A stretch of DNA of 64,000 bases, taken from contig JBHGNT010000003.1 in the NCBI GenBank assembly GCA_043228905.1, forward strand, positions 20,956,001 to 21,020,000, written 5' to 3'. The notes under the pieces are model-generated. The model was not told the DNA's origin. It made no database searches and worked only from the letters and a program-made list of their open reading frames with translations. The position numbers and the translations under genes were made by a program. The DNA comes from Azolla caroliniana (taxonomy: Eukaryota > Plantae > Polypodiophyta). Below, piece by piece: positions 1 through 11,637 of the stretch (positions are counted from its first letter, which is position 1; every line of letters starts with the position of its first letter).

Positions 1-254
1 TTATATAAGGTTTCACATGCACTAAGGGCTAATAGGATGTTGTTAGTTAGTGCTTATGGTTTACTTTAGATAAAGAGAGAAGGTGTTGGATTCAAAACTT
101 GTAATTTGTGGTTCAGAAGAACATTTTAAATTTGTCAATTTCCTTAGTTTGGAGGTGGTGTCACATTGTGTGCCATTATCAAATGACATCACTCTATGCA
201 AATCTCATGTGCACACCATCGAACAAGGAGAATGCAACTTACAAAACATGAGAT

Positions 255-1706
255 TACGACCAGTTCATCCTCTCGACCAACCCGTTGAGCTCTGATGTTT
301 TCGGCATGGTGCACTTGAGTTGGATTCCCTTTGACCGACAACATTCTTTGAACAATCCTCGGTATTCTCCTCCATTGTCCACTCAGACTGCTTTTAATTT
401 CCGGCTTGTCTCCCTCTCGGCTCTCACTTGGAACTCCCTGAAGACCGACAATACTTGATCCTTGGTCTTCAATACGGAAGCTCACAACTTTTGACTACAG
501 TCATTGATGAAGGTCACAAAATATTGTGAACCGGCATGTGACTTAGTGTCTACGTAGGATACATTAGTATGCACGAGTTCCAATGGCATTCTCTTCCTTG
601 TCGGGGGCCTAGTTTGGAAGGAGGTTTTGTTCTCCTTACCGACCAAGCAATCATTGCATTTCTCAAGTTGCATGTTCTTCACCTCCGGAATGAGGTTATC
701 CTCGGCAAGTCTCTGCATCCCCTTCTCGGTCATGTGTCACAACCTCTTGTGCCACAACTCACCGATAGTGTCGACTACCACATTCACTTCCTCCCGGCAT
801 ATTCAGGCATGCATCATATACAATGTGTTGGTTTTCCGGGCTCGGGCCATGATCAAACTTCCTTTGTAGAACTTTAGGATGTCATTTTGGATGCTACCCA
901 TATAGCCTTCATCATCTAGTCAACCGGTTGATATCAGATTCGGTTTGACTTCCGGAATGTGTCGAACATCCTTTAACACTAATCTGCACCTGGTTAAGGT
1001 TACCAAACACACATCTCCTATGTCGTCAATTCGGCATGCTCCTTCATTCCTCATATTCACAAAACCGTGGTCTTTGGCTCTATATGATGAGAAGCACTTT
1101 CGGTCGGGGGTTAGGTGGAATGACGCTTCGGAGTCGACCACCCAATGTCGATTCGTCGTTAACAAGATTCACTTCACATTGCTCGCTAATCAGCAACAGT
1201 CCCACCTCACTTGTCGTGATTGTCGAGGTGTTCTTGCTATTCGGAATCTTCTTCGGTTGAACACCGTCAGCTCCCCCTTTGTTTTTCCGGTAGTATCGGC
1301 AATTTTTTTGGAAATGCCCCGGCTTCCCACAATAAAAACACGTGTGCCTCCCGCTTGACTTTGACCTAGTCCCCGACTTTTCCCAGTTCTGGGAGCTTGT
1401 GTTTCGGCCCCTTCCTCGATTCGTGTCACCTTGTTCTTCTCCCAGAGGACATCCACCTTGTTCTCGTCATTGAAGTTGTTGTATAAACTCATGTCTATAA
1501 AACATTTGATGTATGATGCCGCCTTCAGATGCACGACTTCCCAAGTCGATGCATCAATCTTGTCTGGTTTGGTCTTACCATATTGCACTGAGAACCATAA
1601 ATATTTGCACACCAACATGTCCCTCATCTTTGACTTCCACACTGAATAGTTGGAGCCGGTTAGTTTGAACATGCCGCCGAATGAATCTTCCATCGCTCTA
1701 ATACCA
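255..1706 (-). pseudogene. Decayed Ty1/copia gag-protease-integrase (5' part of an old element)
   Basis: Minus-strand ORF fragments KLTGSNYSVWKSKMRDML (gag), WVVDSEASFH (protease), LELVHTNV...YFVTFIND (integrase). PBS TGGTATTAGAGC at 1706-1695. Frameshifts and stops throughout. Confidence 0.9.
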
Positions 1707-1852
1707 ATTTGTTGAGATCGAAGCCGGCCACAACTGGTTATACTCTAGCATACATTGGTGCAAAGTTTTGAACAAATAGAAAAAACTGGAAGCAAAATAC
1801 ACAAGTTCAGTGACATGAGATGTTTTACGTGGAAACCCTAACAAGGGAAAAC

Positions 1853-2020
1853 TGTCGAATACATGTGTATAATGGACGTATTCACACTATCCCGTTTTGG
1901 CCATTTATGTAATTAGCATAAAGGGTAGTTGCCCTAAGTCGGTCACTATATATAGTGACCTTGTAACCTTTTTGTAAGGTTGGGTGTTGTATTATTGCTT
2001 TGTTGAATAAGAAAGTTTTT

Positions 2021-2057
<37 letters not shown>

Positions 2058-2142
2058 ACGATCTATGATTCTGTTATACGCAGGTACTCAACAGCAATCG
2101 AATGCTTCTTGATCTTCCGCATAGACGACCTCGTCAACAACA
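1853..2142 (+). repeat. 5' LTR
   Basis: TGTCGAATAC...GTCAACAACA, direct repeat of 7022-7315. Confidence 0.96.
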
Positions 2143-2144
2143 TC

Positions 2145-2156
2145 TGGTATCAGAGC
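2145..2156 (+). promoter_or_regulatory. Primer binding site (initiator tRNA-Met)
   Basis: TGGTATCAGAGC 2 bp after the LTR end. Confidence 0.95.
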
Positions 2157-2811
2157 CTGCACAGTAGTCGGTCCTTCAATCCACTGTCGGCCGTCGTCTC
2201 AGCATTCGGTTTCCTGCGTCATTCGAAGAAGAGAGAAGAAGAAGAAAAACGAGGCCTGCATCTCATCGCGTTAGATCATCTTTGTTTGGAGTAAGCCAGC
2301 AGGTTGTACTCCGTTCCTTGTGATCGTAACCGCTCGAGGTGAAATCCCCTTGTGCAACTTTGACACGATCGTGCTCCATTCGGTTAAACGGCATCCGAAG
2401 AGGTCATCAAACGCTGCTCGCCGCTCATTGTAATCACTCGGTGCAGATCGGTCTCAAGACAACAACCCCAATTCGTGCTTCATCCGGCTGATCGACATTC
2501 GAGAGGATCAGTTGGATCCATCTCTCTCGTCGCTGCAGTCACCCGAAGCCGAATCGGTCCAGATAATCGGTTTCAATAATCGGTATTCGGCATATATATC
2601 CGAAGCGAACCGGGCTCACTCCGACTCGGCAACATTCGGGAAGACCAGTCGGTTCTGTCCCTCAAGCTACCGGAGTCAATTTGAGCAAGTTCCGAAGCCG
2701 AACCGACTCGGGTTCAAATCCGACTAGAACGATATCGGGTGAGCCAACCGGCTGCACTCCAACAAGGTTCGTAGTCAACTCCGAACCGAGCTCCGTCAAC
2801 CGAAACCAAAT

Positions 2812-5800
2812 TTGATGGCATCAACATCCGGCTCGTCAGAAATGAGTCTACGCAAGTTCGATGGATCGAACTTCAACTTCTGGAAGGAACAAATGCAGGA
2901 CTATCTCATAGTCAAGGGGCAAATCGATCCCATCGAAAATGAAGAACCTCCAGAAGGATACAAACCAATTGAGTGGCAGAAGCTGGACAGAATCGTCCGC
3001 GCCACGATTCGGATGCACCTATCGGAATCGGTATACTTTACGGTGCAATCGTGTACGACAGCATTCGAACTGTGGAAAACACTGTCGGACACTTACGAAA
3101 AGAAGGTCGCCGCAACAAAGATGTTTCTGATCCGGCGCCTCTACAACTTGCGGATGAAAGAATCCGATTCGGTTCAAGCACATCTCAATGAGTACGAAAG
3201 CATAAGCTCCCAAATCTCGTCACAGGGGACGGCAATCGAGGATGAACTCAGAGCAATGATACTCATGAGCAGCCTTCCCTCATCATGGGAAACTTTCGTC
3301 ACAACCGTGTGCAACACGTCAACCACGGCTGTTAAATACTCCGAAGTCACGAGCGCAATCCTGACCGAAGCAGCTCGGAGAAAGTCTTTCGCCAAAGACT
3401 CAACAGACGACGCTTACGTAGTACAAGGTTCGACAGACCGATCGAACATACGAGGAAGAGATTCCTCACGGCCGCCGAACAATCAGCGAAGACGGAGCCA
3501 GTCACGGGATAACCGAATCTGCAACTATTGCAAGAAACCCGGACACATCAAAGCCGACTGCCGCGCACTCAAGAACAAGAACAACAAGAAGAGTGGCCGG
3601 CATGAGGAGATCAATTACGTCAGCTTCTCAGCTGATGTGCTACCAAACGACCCGAATATACTATCAATCGAAAATCCAGTCGGCTCAGAAGTTCTGCTCA
3701 CGACTGAAGAATCGAGCACATGGCTCTTGGATTCGGGTGCGTCATTTCACGTGACTCCTCATAGATCCCAATTTCGGCAATATACGATCCGTCACTCCGA
3801 CTCAGTTCGAGTCGGCAACTCACAACACTGTGACATCATCGGAATCGGCACAGTAGAGCTCAACCTTGCAGGTGGCTCTACACTTGTACTCCACAATGTC
3901 CGACATGTACCCGAGCTCTCAAGGCCATTGATCTCAGTCGGACAACTAGATGAAGACGGCATTCGTGCCGGTTTTTCTTCGGGAGGGTGGACACTCCACA
4001 GGGGGAACCTCCTGCTTGCTAGAGGACCCAAGATACACTCCCTGTATCCGTTACATGTTACGCTCAGAGAGGGTAACCTGTTTTTGGTGGATATTCCTGT
4101 GTCATCACTATGGCACAGAAGATTAGGACACCTCAGCAAGGCCGGCATCACGCATCTATCTAGAGCCGGATACATCCCCAAACTCTCCTTCTCCGACCAC
4201 CAATTCTGCGAGCATTGCCAGTATGGCAAACAAGCAGCCGCATCACACCCGACATCAGCACCAAGAGAAACGAGACCTCTCGATTTGGTCCACTCGGACG
4301 TCTGTGGCCCGATGCCGCATCAGTCTCTTGGCGGTGCCTCTTACTTCGTCAGTTTTATTGACGATTCGACTCGAAAGGTGTGGGCTTATCCAATTCGCAC
4401 CAAAGATCGTGTCTTCTCGATCTTCTCCGATTGGCTCGCTATGGTAGAAAATCAAACCGACCGAAAGCTGAAATGCTTTCGGACAGACAATGGGGGAGAG
4501 TTCAAATCGGAAGAATTCGCCAAATTCTGCCGACAACGCGGCATCCGACGTGAATTTACGGCACCACACAGTCCGGAGCAAAACGGGATTGCCGAACGCA
4601 TGAATCGGACAATCCAAGAACGGATAGTTTCCATGCTCCAACACTCCGGACTGTCGGATGGCTTCTGGGCAGAGGCTCTACTCACGGCAGCACACATAAT
4701 CAATATGTCGCCAAGTAGACCTCTAGGACTTCAAATTCCTCAGGAACTATGGATCGGCAGTAAGCCGAAATACGACAAGCTGAGGATCTTCGGATGCGAG
4801 GCGTACGTCCTTATTCCGAAAGATGATCGCCGAAAACTTGCACCTCGGTCCAGGAAATGCATTTTTCTTGGATATGGATCAGACGGCGAAATGGGATACC
4901 GACTCTGGGACCCCGAACGCAGACAAATCGTTCGAAGTTCGGACGTTGTGTTCAACGAGTCGGCTATGAATCCATCAGTCGAAAAACCGATCGAAGTCCG
5001 AAGGGTAACATTTTCCGATGTGCCGACCCTTCAAGAAGGCCCCGCTCTTAACACACGGTCAGCTTCACGGGTAGCTGAACCTTACACTACCGAATCGGAC
5101 AACTCCGACTCGGCACCGCAGAACAATCCGCTTTCGGACCATCCGACCTTGATACCCGATGCGACCAGTCCAATCATACCTCGACGATCCGAGAGACTGT
5201 CGCAACCTCCGGAGAGGTATTCTCCTGGAATTTTCTTCACCGACGCCGGCGAACCGACGTCTTACGAAGAAGCATCGACATCTGTCGATTCAGCCACCTG
5301 GCATCTGGCGATGGAGTCGGAAATGCACTCCATTCGGGCAAACAAGACTTGGGATCTGGTCGAATTACCTAGGAACCGACGTGCTCTTCCTTGCAAGTGG
5401 GTTTATCGACTAAAAGAGACGTTTGATTCGACCACCCCAAAGTACAAGGCCAGATTAGTTGCGAAGGGCTTCCGACAAGAATATGGCGTCGACTTCGACG
5501 AGATTTTTTCACCAGTGGTGAAAATGACAACCCTTCGTTTCCTACTCGGCGTAGTGGCAGCCGACAACTTGGAGCTGATTCAGCTAGATGTCAAAACAGC
5601 CTTCCTCCATGGTGATCTTGACGAGGAAATTTATATGGAGCAGCCAAAAGGCTTCGTCGCTACTGGCCAAGAACATCTAGTCTGCCGACTCAGGAAGAGT
5701 CTATACGGCCTCAAACAGGCACCGCGACAATGGTACAAGAAGTTCGACGACTTCATCCAATCGATCGGCTTCTCAAAAAGCGATGAGGACCATTGTCTTT

Positions 5801-6828
5801 TCACCAACACAGCTCAAGATGGATCACCCATCTTCCTCATCATTTACGTGGACGACATGCTAATTTCTGGACGCCACGCGGGCGAACTTGCCGATCTCAT
5901 TCGGCAACTGCGGTTGAAGTTTGCCATGAAGGACCTCGGTCCGGCACGACACATACTCGGCATGAAGATTAGTCGGCATCGCGATAAACGACATCTTTTT
6001 CTGTCTCAGACCGACTATATCCGACGTGTCTTAGAACGCTTCAACATGCAATCAGCCAAATCTGCTTCAACCCCGCTCCCTATGAATCTTCGGCTCTCTC
6101 AGCGAGACTGCCCGACATCCGGTCCGGAGGGGGAAGATATGAAGTCGGTACCGTATGCACCGGCAGTCGGCTCCCTTATGTACCTGATGGTCGCGACACG
6201 GCCTGATATTTCTCACGCCGTAGGAGTCGTTAGCAGATTTATGCACAATCCCGGCCGATCGCATTGGAACGCAGTCAAGCATGTGTTCAGATATCTGGCT
6301 GGCACAAAAGACCACGGCATTCTTTTCGGTCCGAACCGAACCTCAGGCGTAGTCGGTTACACCGACTCGGACTTCGCCGGCTGTATAGACAGTCGGAAAT
6401 CAACAACCGGATACTGCTTCAAATTCGGCAATGGAGCAATCTCGTGGAAGTCGAAACTTCAGGAGTGCACAGCGACCTCAACGACCGAAGCAGAATATGT
6501 AGCTGCGTCCGACGCAGCAAAAGAAGCTCTGTGGCTCGGCCGGCTGGCGCACACGTTTCGGCAAGTCGACCACGACTCGACTCCAGTTGTCTATAGCGAC
6601 AGTCAAGGTGCTGTTGCCTTGTCGAGAAATCCGGTTCATCACAACGCCTCCAAACATATCGACGTTCGATATCACTTCGTTCGGGACTGCGTCATTTCAG
6701 GGAAAATCAGTCTAGAGAAAATATCCACAACCGACAACGTCGCAGATGGAATGACCAAGTGTCTTTCGGCAGACCGCTTTCGGTCTCTTCGGCATCAGAT
6801 GGGCGTAACGACAAACCAGTCCGGTTAG
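2812..6828 (+). CDS. Copia gag-pol polyprotein (gag, CCHC knuckle, protease, integrase, RT, RNase H)
   Basis: 1338-aa open frame with CNYCKKPGHIKADC, WLLDSGASFH, LVHSDVCGP/RTDNGGEF/NGIAERMN, SLYGLKQAPRQW, IYVDDMLI, YTDSDFAG, KHIDVRYHF, in copia domain order. ATG at 2815. Confidence 0.97.
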   Translation: MMASTSGSSEMSLRKFDGSNFNFWKEQMQDYLIVKGQIDPIENEEPPEGYKPIEWQKLDRIVRATIRMHLSESVYFTVQSCTTAFELWKTLSDTYEKKVAATKMFLIRRLYNLRMKESDSVQAHLNEYESISSQISSQGTAIEDELRAMILMSSLPSSWETFVTTVCNTSTTAVKYSEVTSAILTEAARRKSFAKDSTDDAYVVQGSTDRSNIRGRDSSRPPNNQRRRSQSRDNRICNYCKKPGHIKADCRALKNKNNKKSGRHEEINYVSFSADVLPNDPNILSIENPVGSEVLLTTEESSTWLLDSGASFHVTPHRSQFRQYTIRHSDSVRVGNSQHCDIIGIGTVELNLAGGSTLVLHNVRHVPELSRPLISVGQLDEDGIRAGFSSGGWTLHRGNLLLARGPKIHSLYPLHVTLREGNLFLVDIPVSSLWHRRLGHLSKAGITHLSRAGYIPKLSFSDHQFCEHCQYGKQAAASHPTSAPRETRPLDLVHSDVCGPMPHQSLGGASYFVSFIDDSTRKVWAYPIRTKDRVFSIFSDWLAMVENQTDRKLKCFRTDNGGEFKSEEFAKFCRQRGIRREFTAPHSPEQNGIAERMNRTIQERIVSMLQHSGLSDGFWAEALLTAAHIINMSPSRPLGLQIPQELWIGSKPKYDKLRIFGCEAYVLIPKDDRRKLAPRSRKCIFLGYGSDGEMGYRLWDPERRQIVRSSDVVFNESAMNPSVEKPIEVRRVTFSDVPTLQEGPALNTRSASRVAEPYTTESDNSDSAPQNNPLSDHPTLIPDATSPIIPRRSERLSQPPERYSPGIFFTDAGEPTSYEEASTSVDSATWHLAMESEMHSIRANKTWDLVELPRNRRALPCKWVYRLKETFDSTTPKYKARLVAKGFRQEYGVDFDEIFSPVVKMTTLRFLLGVVAADNLELIQLDVKTAFLHGDLDEEIYMEQPKGFVATGQEHLVCRLRKSLYGLKQAPRQWYKKFDDFIQSIGFSKSDEDHCLFTNTAQDGSPIFLIIYVDDMLISGRHAGELADLIRQLRLKFAMKDLGPARHILGMKISRHRDKRHLFLSQTDYIRRVLERFNMQSAKSASTPLPMNLRLSQRDCPTSGPEGEDMKSVPYAPAVGSLMYLMVATRPDISHAVGVVSRFMHNPGRSHWNAVKHVFRYLAGTKDHGILFGPNRTSGVVGYTDSDFAGCIDSRKSTTGYCFKFGNGAISWKSKLQECTATSTTEAEYVAASDAAKEALWLGRLAHTFRQVDHDSTPVVYSDSQGAVALSRNPVHHNASKHIDVRYHFVRDCVISGKISLEKISTTDNVADGMTKCLSADRFRSLRHQMGVTTNQSG

Positions 6829-7021
6829 AGCCGGACACAGAGCAGGATGGTTCCCGACAACCGACATCAGTTCCTTAATGATCGGCTTCAACTGTTCCGA
6901 CCCGACCAGTTCGGTCTTCTGCCTTCGGACCCTGCCGACTCGAACAAAGCTGATATGTCCGAGAACCTAAGTCTATACCTGTAATCTTAGATAACCCATG
7001 TATACGCCCATTACGGGGGAG

Positions 7022-7315
7022 TGTCGAATACATGTGTATAATGGACGTATTCACACTATCCCGTTTTGGCCATTTATGTAATTAGCATAAAGGGTAGTTG
7101 CCCTAAGTCGGTCACTATATATAGTGACCTTGTAACCTTTTTGTAAGGTTGGGTGTTGTATTATTGCTTTGTTGAATAAGAAAGTTTTTTGTGTGTGTGT
7201 CTCTCTCTCTCTCTCTCTCTCTCTCTATGCACGATCTATGATTCTGTTATACGCAGGTACTCAACAGCAATCGAATGCTTCTTGATCTTCCGCATAGACG
7301 ACCTCGTCAACAACA
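7022..7315 (+). repeat. 3' LTR
   Basis: Direct repeat of 1853-2142, preceded by purine tract ACGGGGGAG. Confidence 0.96.
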
Positions 7316-7446
7316 AAAACCATGGGAGTCCACGAACTCCAAACTCTTTCACTATGCAAGAGACAATACAGAAAGACTCGCAAGCAGCAACCTTGAGCTC
7401 GTCTTATTCGCTTGATGGCGGTTACAATAGAAATGCAACAACACAC

Positions 7447-7984
7447 TATCGTGGGGAATTCCGGTACAAGGAGAAAATCTCGCAAGATGCGTGTGAACGA
7501 GGGTGTGCAAGAATGCACATGAATTTAGACTTTGTATAAAAACAATGTAAATAAGCATAGTATTAATAAGTACAAGGTAGAATGCAGTTAGGTACTTTTA
7601 ACGTCCCACAAAAAGAGAGGAATGAAAGTGGTTGATGGGAGGATATCGTGGGAAGATCTCTGATAGGAAAAGGGTTGTCTTTATGATTGATGTAACAACC
7701 TCTCCTTGGGTTATAAAAGGAGAGGATAGAGAGAGAGGGAGGGGATCCATCCATTGTTTTGGAGGAGGAAGTGTTATCAGTTTGAGCTCGGAGTTTCCGA
7801 TTTCTGTCATGTCATTTCCGGTGTGCTAGCGTGAGGCCTTTGTTCACGTAGGAAGCCCGTGTGCTCCCGACTAGAGGCTCATCATTTCAGTGTGTCAGTG
7901 TGCGTTCGGAGCTCGAAGCTCTGTTGCTGGCCGAGTCCAGTTGTATTTTTTGTCATTCAATCCATTACTGGTTTGCTGTGTCAG

Positions 7985-8018
<34 letters not shown>

Positions 8019-8213
8019 TGTGTGTGTGTGTGTGTGTGTTTGGGTCCACATTCTCATCTTTGTTTCTATTCGTTTTCACGCATTTACTTGAGTCTCCGAG
8101 CTCGTGTGCTCGTCTTCCGGAATCCGACGACAGGCTTGGATTGGATACGCATTTGTGAGCCTGTGTGCTCCGTAAAGATCTTCGGCAACCGAACCGGATA
8201 GTCGCTGCAAGCA
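7447..8213 (+). repeat. LTR-like segment of a second family (probably gypsy), approximate boundaries
   Basis: Inverted similarity to 8800-9330 plus 10115-10366, e.g. GATGCGTGTGAACGAGGGTGTGCA vs TGCACACCCTTGTTTACACGCATC. TATA-like TTATAAAAGG near 7711 and CT/GT microsatellites. Confidence 0.55.
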
Positions 8214-8289
8214 TATGGTCTCCCACTGGCTCCTTAGTCCAAGGCCCCTTAGGTCCCACCCCGATCTGACATGTATTCCTTCTTTCCCT

Positions 8290-8640
8290 GGGAGCTCGTC
8301 CCATTCCATGAGTTCCCTCTTCGACAACCGGAGCAAGTCCTCGAAGTCATACCTTCCGAGGAGTCGCTCCTCGAACTCTGACCAATTACGACAGTCGGCT
8401 TGTATCTCGAGCACTTCGGCGTGGATGCTCGGTGTGACAACATGGGAAAATCCAGACAATTGTCTATCGTCTGGAACGTCTCTCGTCAACATCTCGGCCT
8501 TGAAGGCCTCCAAGTAATTTGTGACGTCCTTCCCGTTGAATTGGTCGGTTGTGCCAACTATTGTGTCTATGGCCCTATCGAGGTCAGCGGAGCTCTCCCT
8601 AGCATTCACCAATCGATTGATAGCTACTGCCATTGCCTCA
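8290..8640 (-). pseudogene. Retrotransposon gag-like fragment
   Basis: QFNGKDVTNYLEAFKAEM...NWSEFEERLL resembles LTR-retroelement capsid N-termini. Lies directly downstream of the minus-strand LTR-like segment. Confidence 0.55.
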
Positions 8641-8799
8641 ATGAGCTTACATCCTCACATCCTCTCATCCTAGAACTCTTTTGTCGCCCTTTTCACGTCA
8701 TGTTCACCAAAGATGTCGCGGTTATCCACGGTTAATAGGTCGGCATGGGCGGGACCACCGGGGTCTCGAACCAATGAGCCTGAGTGTGAGTGGCCTCTA

Positions 8800-10366
8800 A
8801 GCTTGCAACGTCTTAACCAACTCGGCTACTGGGGACCTTTACGGAGCACACAGGCTTGTAAAACTTGTATCCGATCTGGCACTGTCGCTGGATTCCAGAA
8901 ACTGAGCATTCGAGCTCTCAAACACGATGAGTAATCGTAGAACGAAGGAGGAGAGAAACAACGCCTCCCTAGAAACAACATATAGGACACGGATATGGAC
9001 ATCACACAAGACGGGAGCGGAGAACACAGAAAGTATCCGGATGTAGCAAACCCAATATTTGATTAAACCGAGAAAGAATACAAAGAATGGGCTCGTGCCG
9101 ACAAACAGAGCTTTGAGCTTGACAGACAAGTAGACAAGTGAGTCTCTGGTCGGGAGCACATAGGCTTCCTATGTGAGCAAAGGCCTCACCAACACCTTTC
9201 GAATGCACAAAGCCAAAAACAAACACTCGAGAGCATGAACCGACAACACCTTTCCCTCCAAAACAATGGATCTCTGAAATGTTCTTCCTCCCCTCCTTTT
9301 ATAGCTCAAGGAGGGTCAGTTACATCAAAGGTTGTTAGGTACGTTAGGTACAGTACGGATACCATATGTATTTAACGTATTAATACCCGTATAGTACCTC
9401 CCAATTTAAAAATATGTTAAATACGTTTTCTTAATATGTTAAATACTTATAAAATACGTATTTTACATATTTTACGTATAGTACATTAAATACTTCTAGA
9501 ATTTGAAAATTATTTACCTTTCTAAAAAATATCTATAATATTGTAAAAAAAAATCTATGTTTACAAAATTTTATGATGTACATTGTACAATATAGTTCTA
9601 CATCCTAAAATGCATATAAGACATTTGAACATTTCACATCCTAAAATACTTGTAGTAATATGAATGTCAATATTCCCTTATTCTATAAATTAGTGTAAGT
9701 GTGTATCACGATGTTCTACTTCAAATTATAATTATTTACAATTATACCTTCATAGATTGAGGAATTGTCTACAATTATCACACTCATGATAAGTTTCTCT
9801 TTTCTTCGTTTTCTTCTTCTTCTTCTATCTTCTGCGATTATCACACTCAGGATAGGTTTATGTCTTCTTTTCTCTGTTCTTCTTCTTCTTCTTCATCTTC
9901 TTCATCGTCGTCTCTTCTATTTATTTTGCTTTTTGTTAGGGTTTTTTTCTTTATAAATACGCATTATACCTGTTTTTTTATAAATACGTTAAATACTGTA
10001 TTGGACAAATGTACATGATATTTGACTGAACAACATTGAGGTATAGTACGTACTATACAAATGATGAGGTACTATACGTATTTAAACGTTAAATACGAGT
10101 ACGTAAACAACCATGGAACTTACATTAGCAATCATGACAACCGTTTTCTGTTAGTGATTCTCCCACTATTTCCTCCCATCACTCACTTTTATTCCCTCTT
10201 TTTGTGGATCCTTAAAGTACCTATTACATTCCCCTGTCTTGTACTTATTAATACTTTATATTTACATTTGTTTTGTACATTAGGCCGAGTTCATGTGCAT
10301 ACATGCACACCCTTGTTTACACGCATCCTGTGGCTTTTCCTCTAGTGGTCAGAATCCTCCACGACA
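8800..10366 (-). repeat. LTR-like segment (same family as 7447-8213), interrupted by an insertion
   Basis: Starts TGTCGTGG on the minus strand at 10366 and is colinear in reverse with 7447-8213 apart from 9330-10112. Confidence 0.55.
9330..10112. mobile_element. Putative AT-rich non-autonomous DNA element (MITE-like)
   Basis: Ends GGTTGTT...AACAACC with TACGT-rich subterminal sequence at both ends. Interrupts the LTR homology. No clear TSD. Confidence 0.45.
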
Positions 10367-11269
10367 CTGTGTGAATATGACTCTCAAGCAAGTTTCTAAA
10401 GCTACTTGCTCATGGTTTGACCCCTTATTAGAACTACATATCATGTACCATAATGGGATACCAATTCCCATGGCATTTGGGGCCACAACTGCATATAATG
10501 GCAACCCAAATTGGTTTGTTTTAAACATGGAGTCGATTGCCCAAGAGTTATTTATTGACAATCGCTCACACATTTATAACATCCATTCATCTTGAAGCAC
10601 CAAGATGAATGGTTTCCTTGTTGGAGATCCATATTCACCAGGCAAGTAAGGTTGGACATGAGCCACCATCCCAAGATCTTGGAGTGCATATGCATCTTGC
10701 ATCATCAAAGACCAATCAACCTCTGACATGGTATTCCCAATTTTTAACTTGTTGGCCATGTTATGAACCTCCTTTGGTATAATAAAGAACCTATAACTAA
10801 CAACTTAGGTCTAATGGACTAGCCTTGGACTTATGATATGCTTCCTTACACATGCTCATCTGTGCCACATGTTGTGCACATCCATCATACTGAAGTAATC
10901 CGGAAGGAACAATTTGGGTTATATTCGATCCTTTCCACAATGCCCAAAGACGAAGCGCTTCATTTCCAATCAATTCTTCACTACAATCACTTCGATCCAC
11001 CTCCTCAGTAAAAAACCGCGATACGCCCCGATGGATTCCTCCCGACGAACCTCTTGTTACTACTGGTCAACTTTCTCAATGCTTTTTCTCTCCAGTAACC
11101 TCTCATGGATTCTTTGGTTTCTTCCCTTCACTCAAAGCATCCGTGACATCAAAGAAAGGTGGTACCATGGCAGGCATGGGGTGTACCCAGTGTCAACGTT
11201 ATCGATCATATATACGATGATTGATCGCTTCGCGCATAGAATATACCATATAGCTGATGTTACCCATGA
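10367..11269 (-). pseudogene. MULE/SWIM-type transposase fragment
   Basis: PFILVLQDEWML*...WAIDSMFKTNQFGLPLYAVV...GIPLWYMI resembles the MULE DxTxxTN catalytic region. Contains stops. Cut by the LTR on one side and the palindromic element on the other. Confidence 0.65.
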
Positions 11270-11637
11270 AACACGTTCGCGTTCAAAAGTGGAAGGATCA
11301 CGCATAAATGGAAGGATAAGGGAAATTTTGGTTGATTTTAGGGCTTTTTCAATGATTTTACAAAACACATTGATACCAGTATCATACATGTTCAAACATA
11401 CTATGAAAAAGGTTTAAAATCCACTATTTTCGTGATTTAGAAGTAACTAAAAAAAAACGAATTTCAAAAAGATACATTCTCAATTTATATCAGAAACTTT
11501 ACAACCAATGTTATTTTATAAGAAACGATTTTTTAGAAATCATAAGAATTCAAAACACATGCTTTTATATTACTCGATTTGTTACAAGCGGAATGTAGTT
11601 ACACTTAATAGCCAAATATACATTCATGATCACTCCT

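Larger units (their letters stand above)
1853..7315 (+). mobile_element. Intact Ty1/copia LTR retrotransposon
   Basis: TG...CA LTRs at 1853-2142 and 7022-7315, differing only in the (CT/GT)n tract and about one SNP. 5-bp TSD AAAAC at 1848-1852 and 7316-7320. PBS TGGTATCAGAGC at 2145-2156, PPT at 7011-7021, single open gag-pol. Confidence 0.97.
1710..7446 (-). repeat. 5' LTR of the old copia element, split by the intact copia insertion (pieces 1710-1852 and 7321 to ~7446)
   Basis: LTR end (TGTTG on +) lies next to the PBS. The sequence reads through GGGAAAAC|CATGGGAG once the 1853-7320 insertion is removed. The right boundary is uncertain because another LTR starts at 7447. Confidence 0.6.

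Noticed and set aside
2901-6675. Short overlapping and antisense ORFs inside the copia pol
   Set aside because: Shadow frames of a GC-richer coding sequence with no independent motifs.
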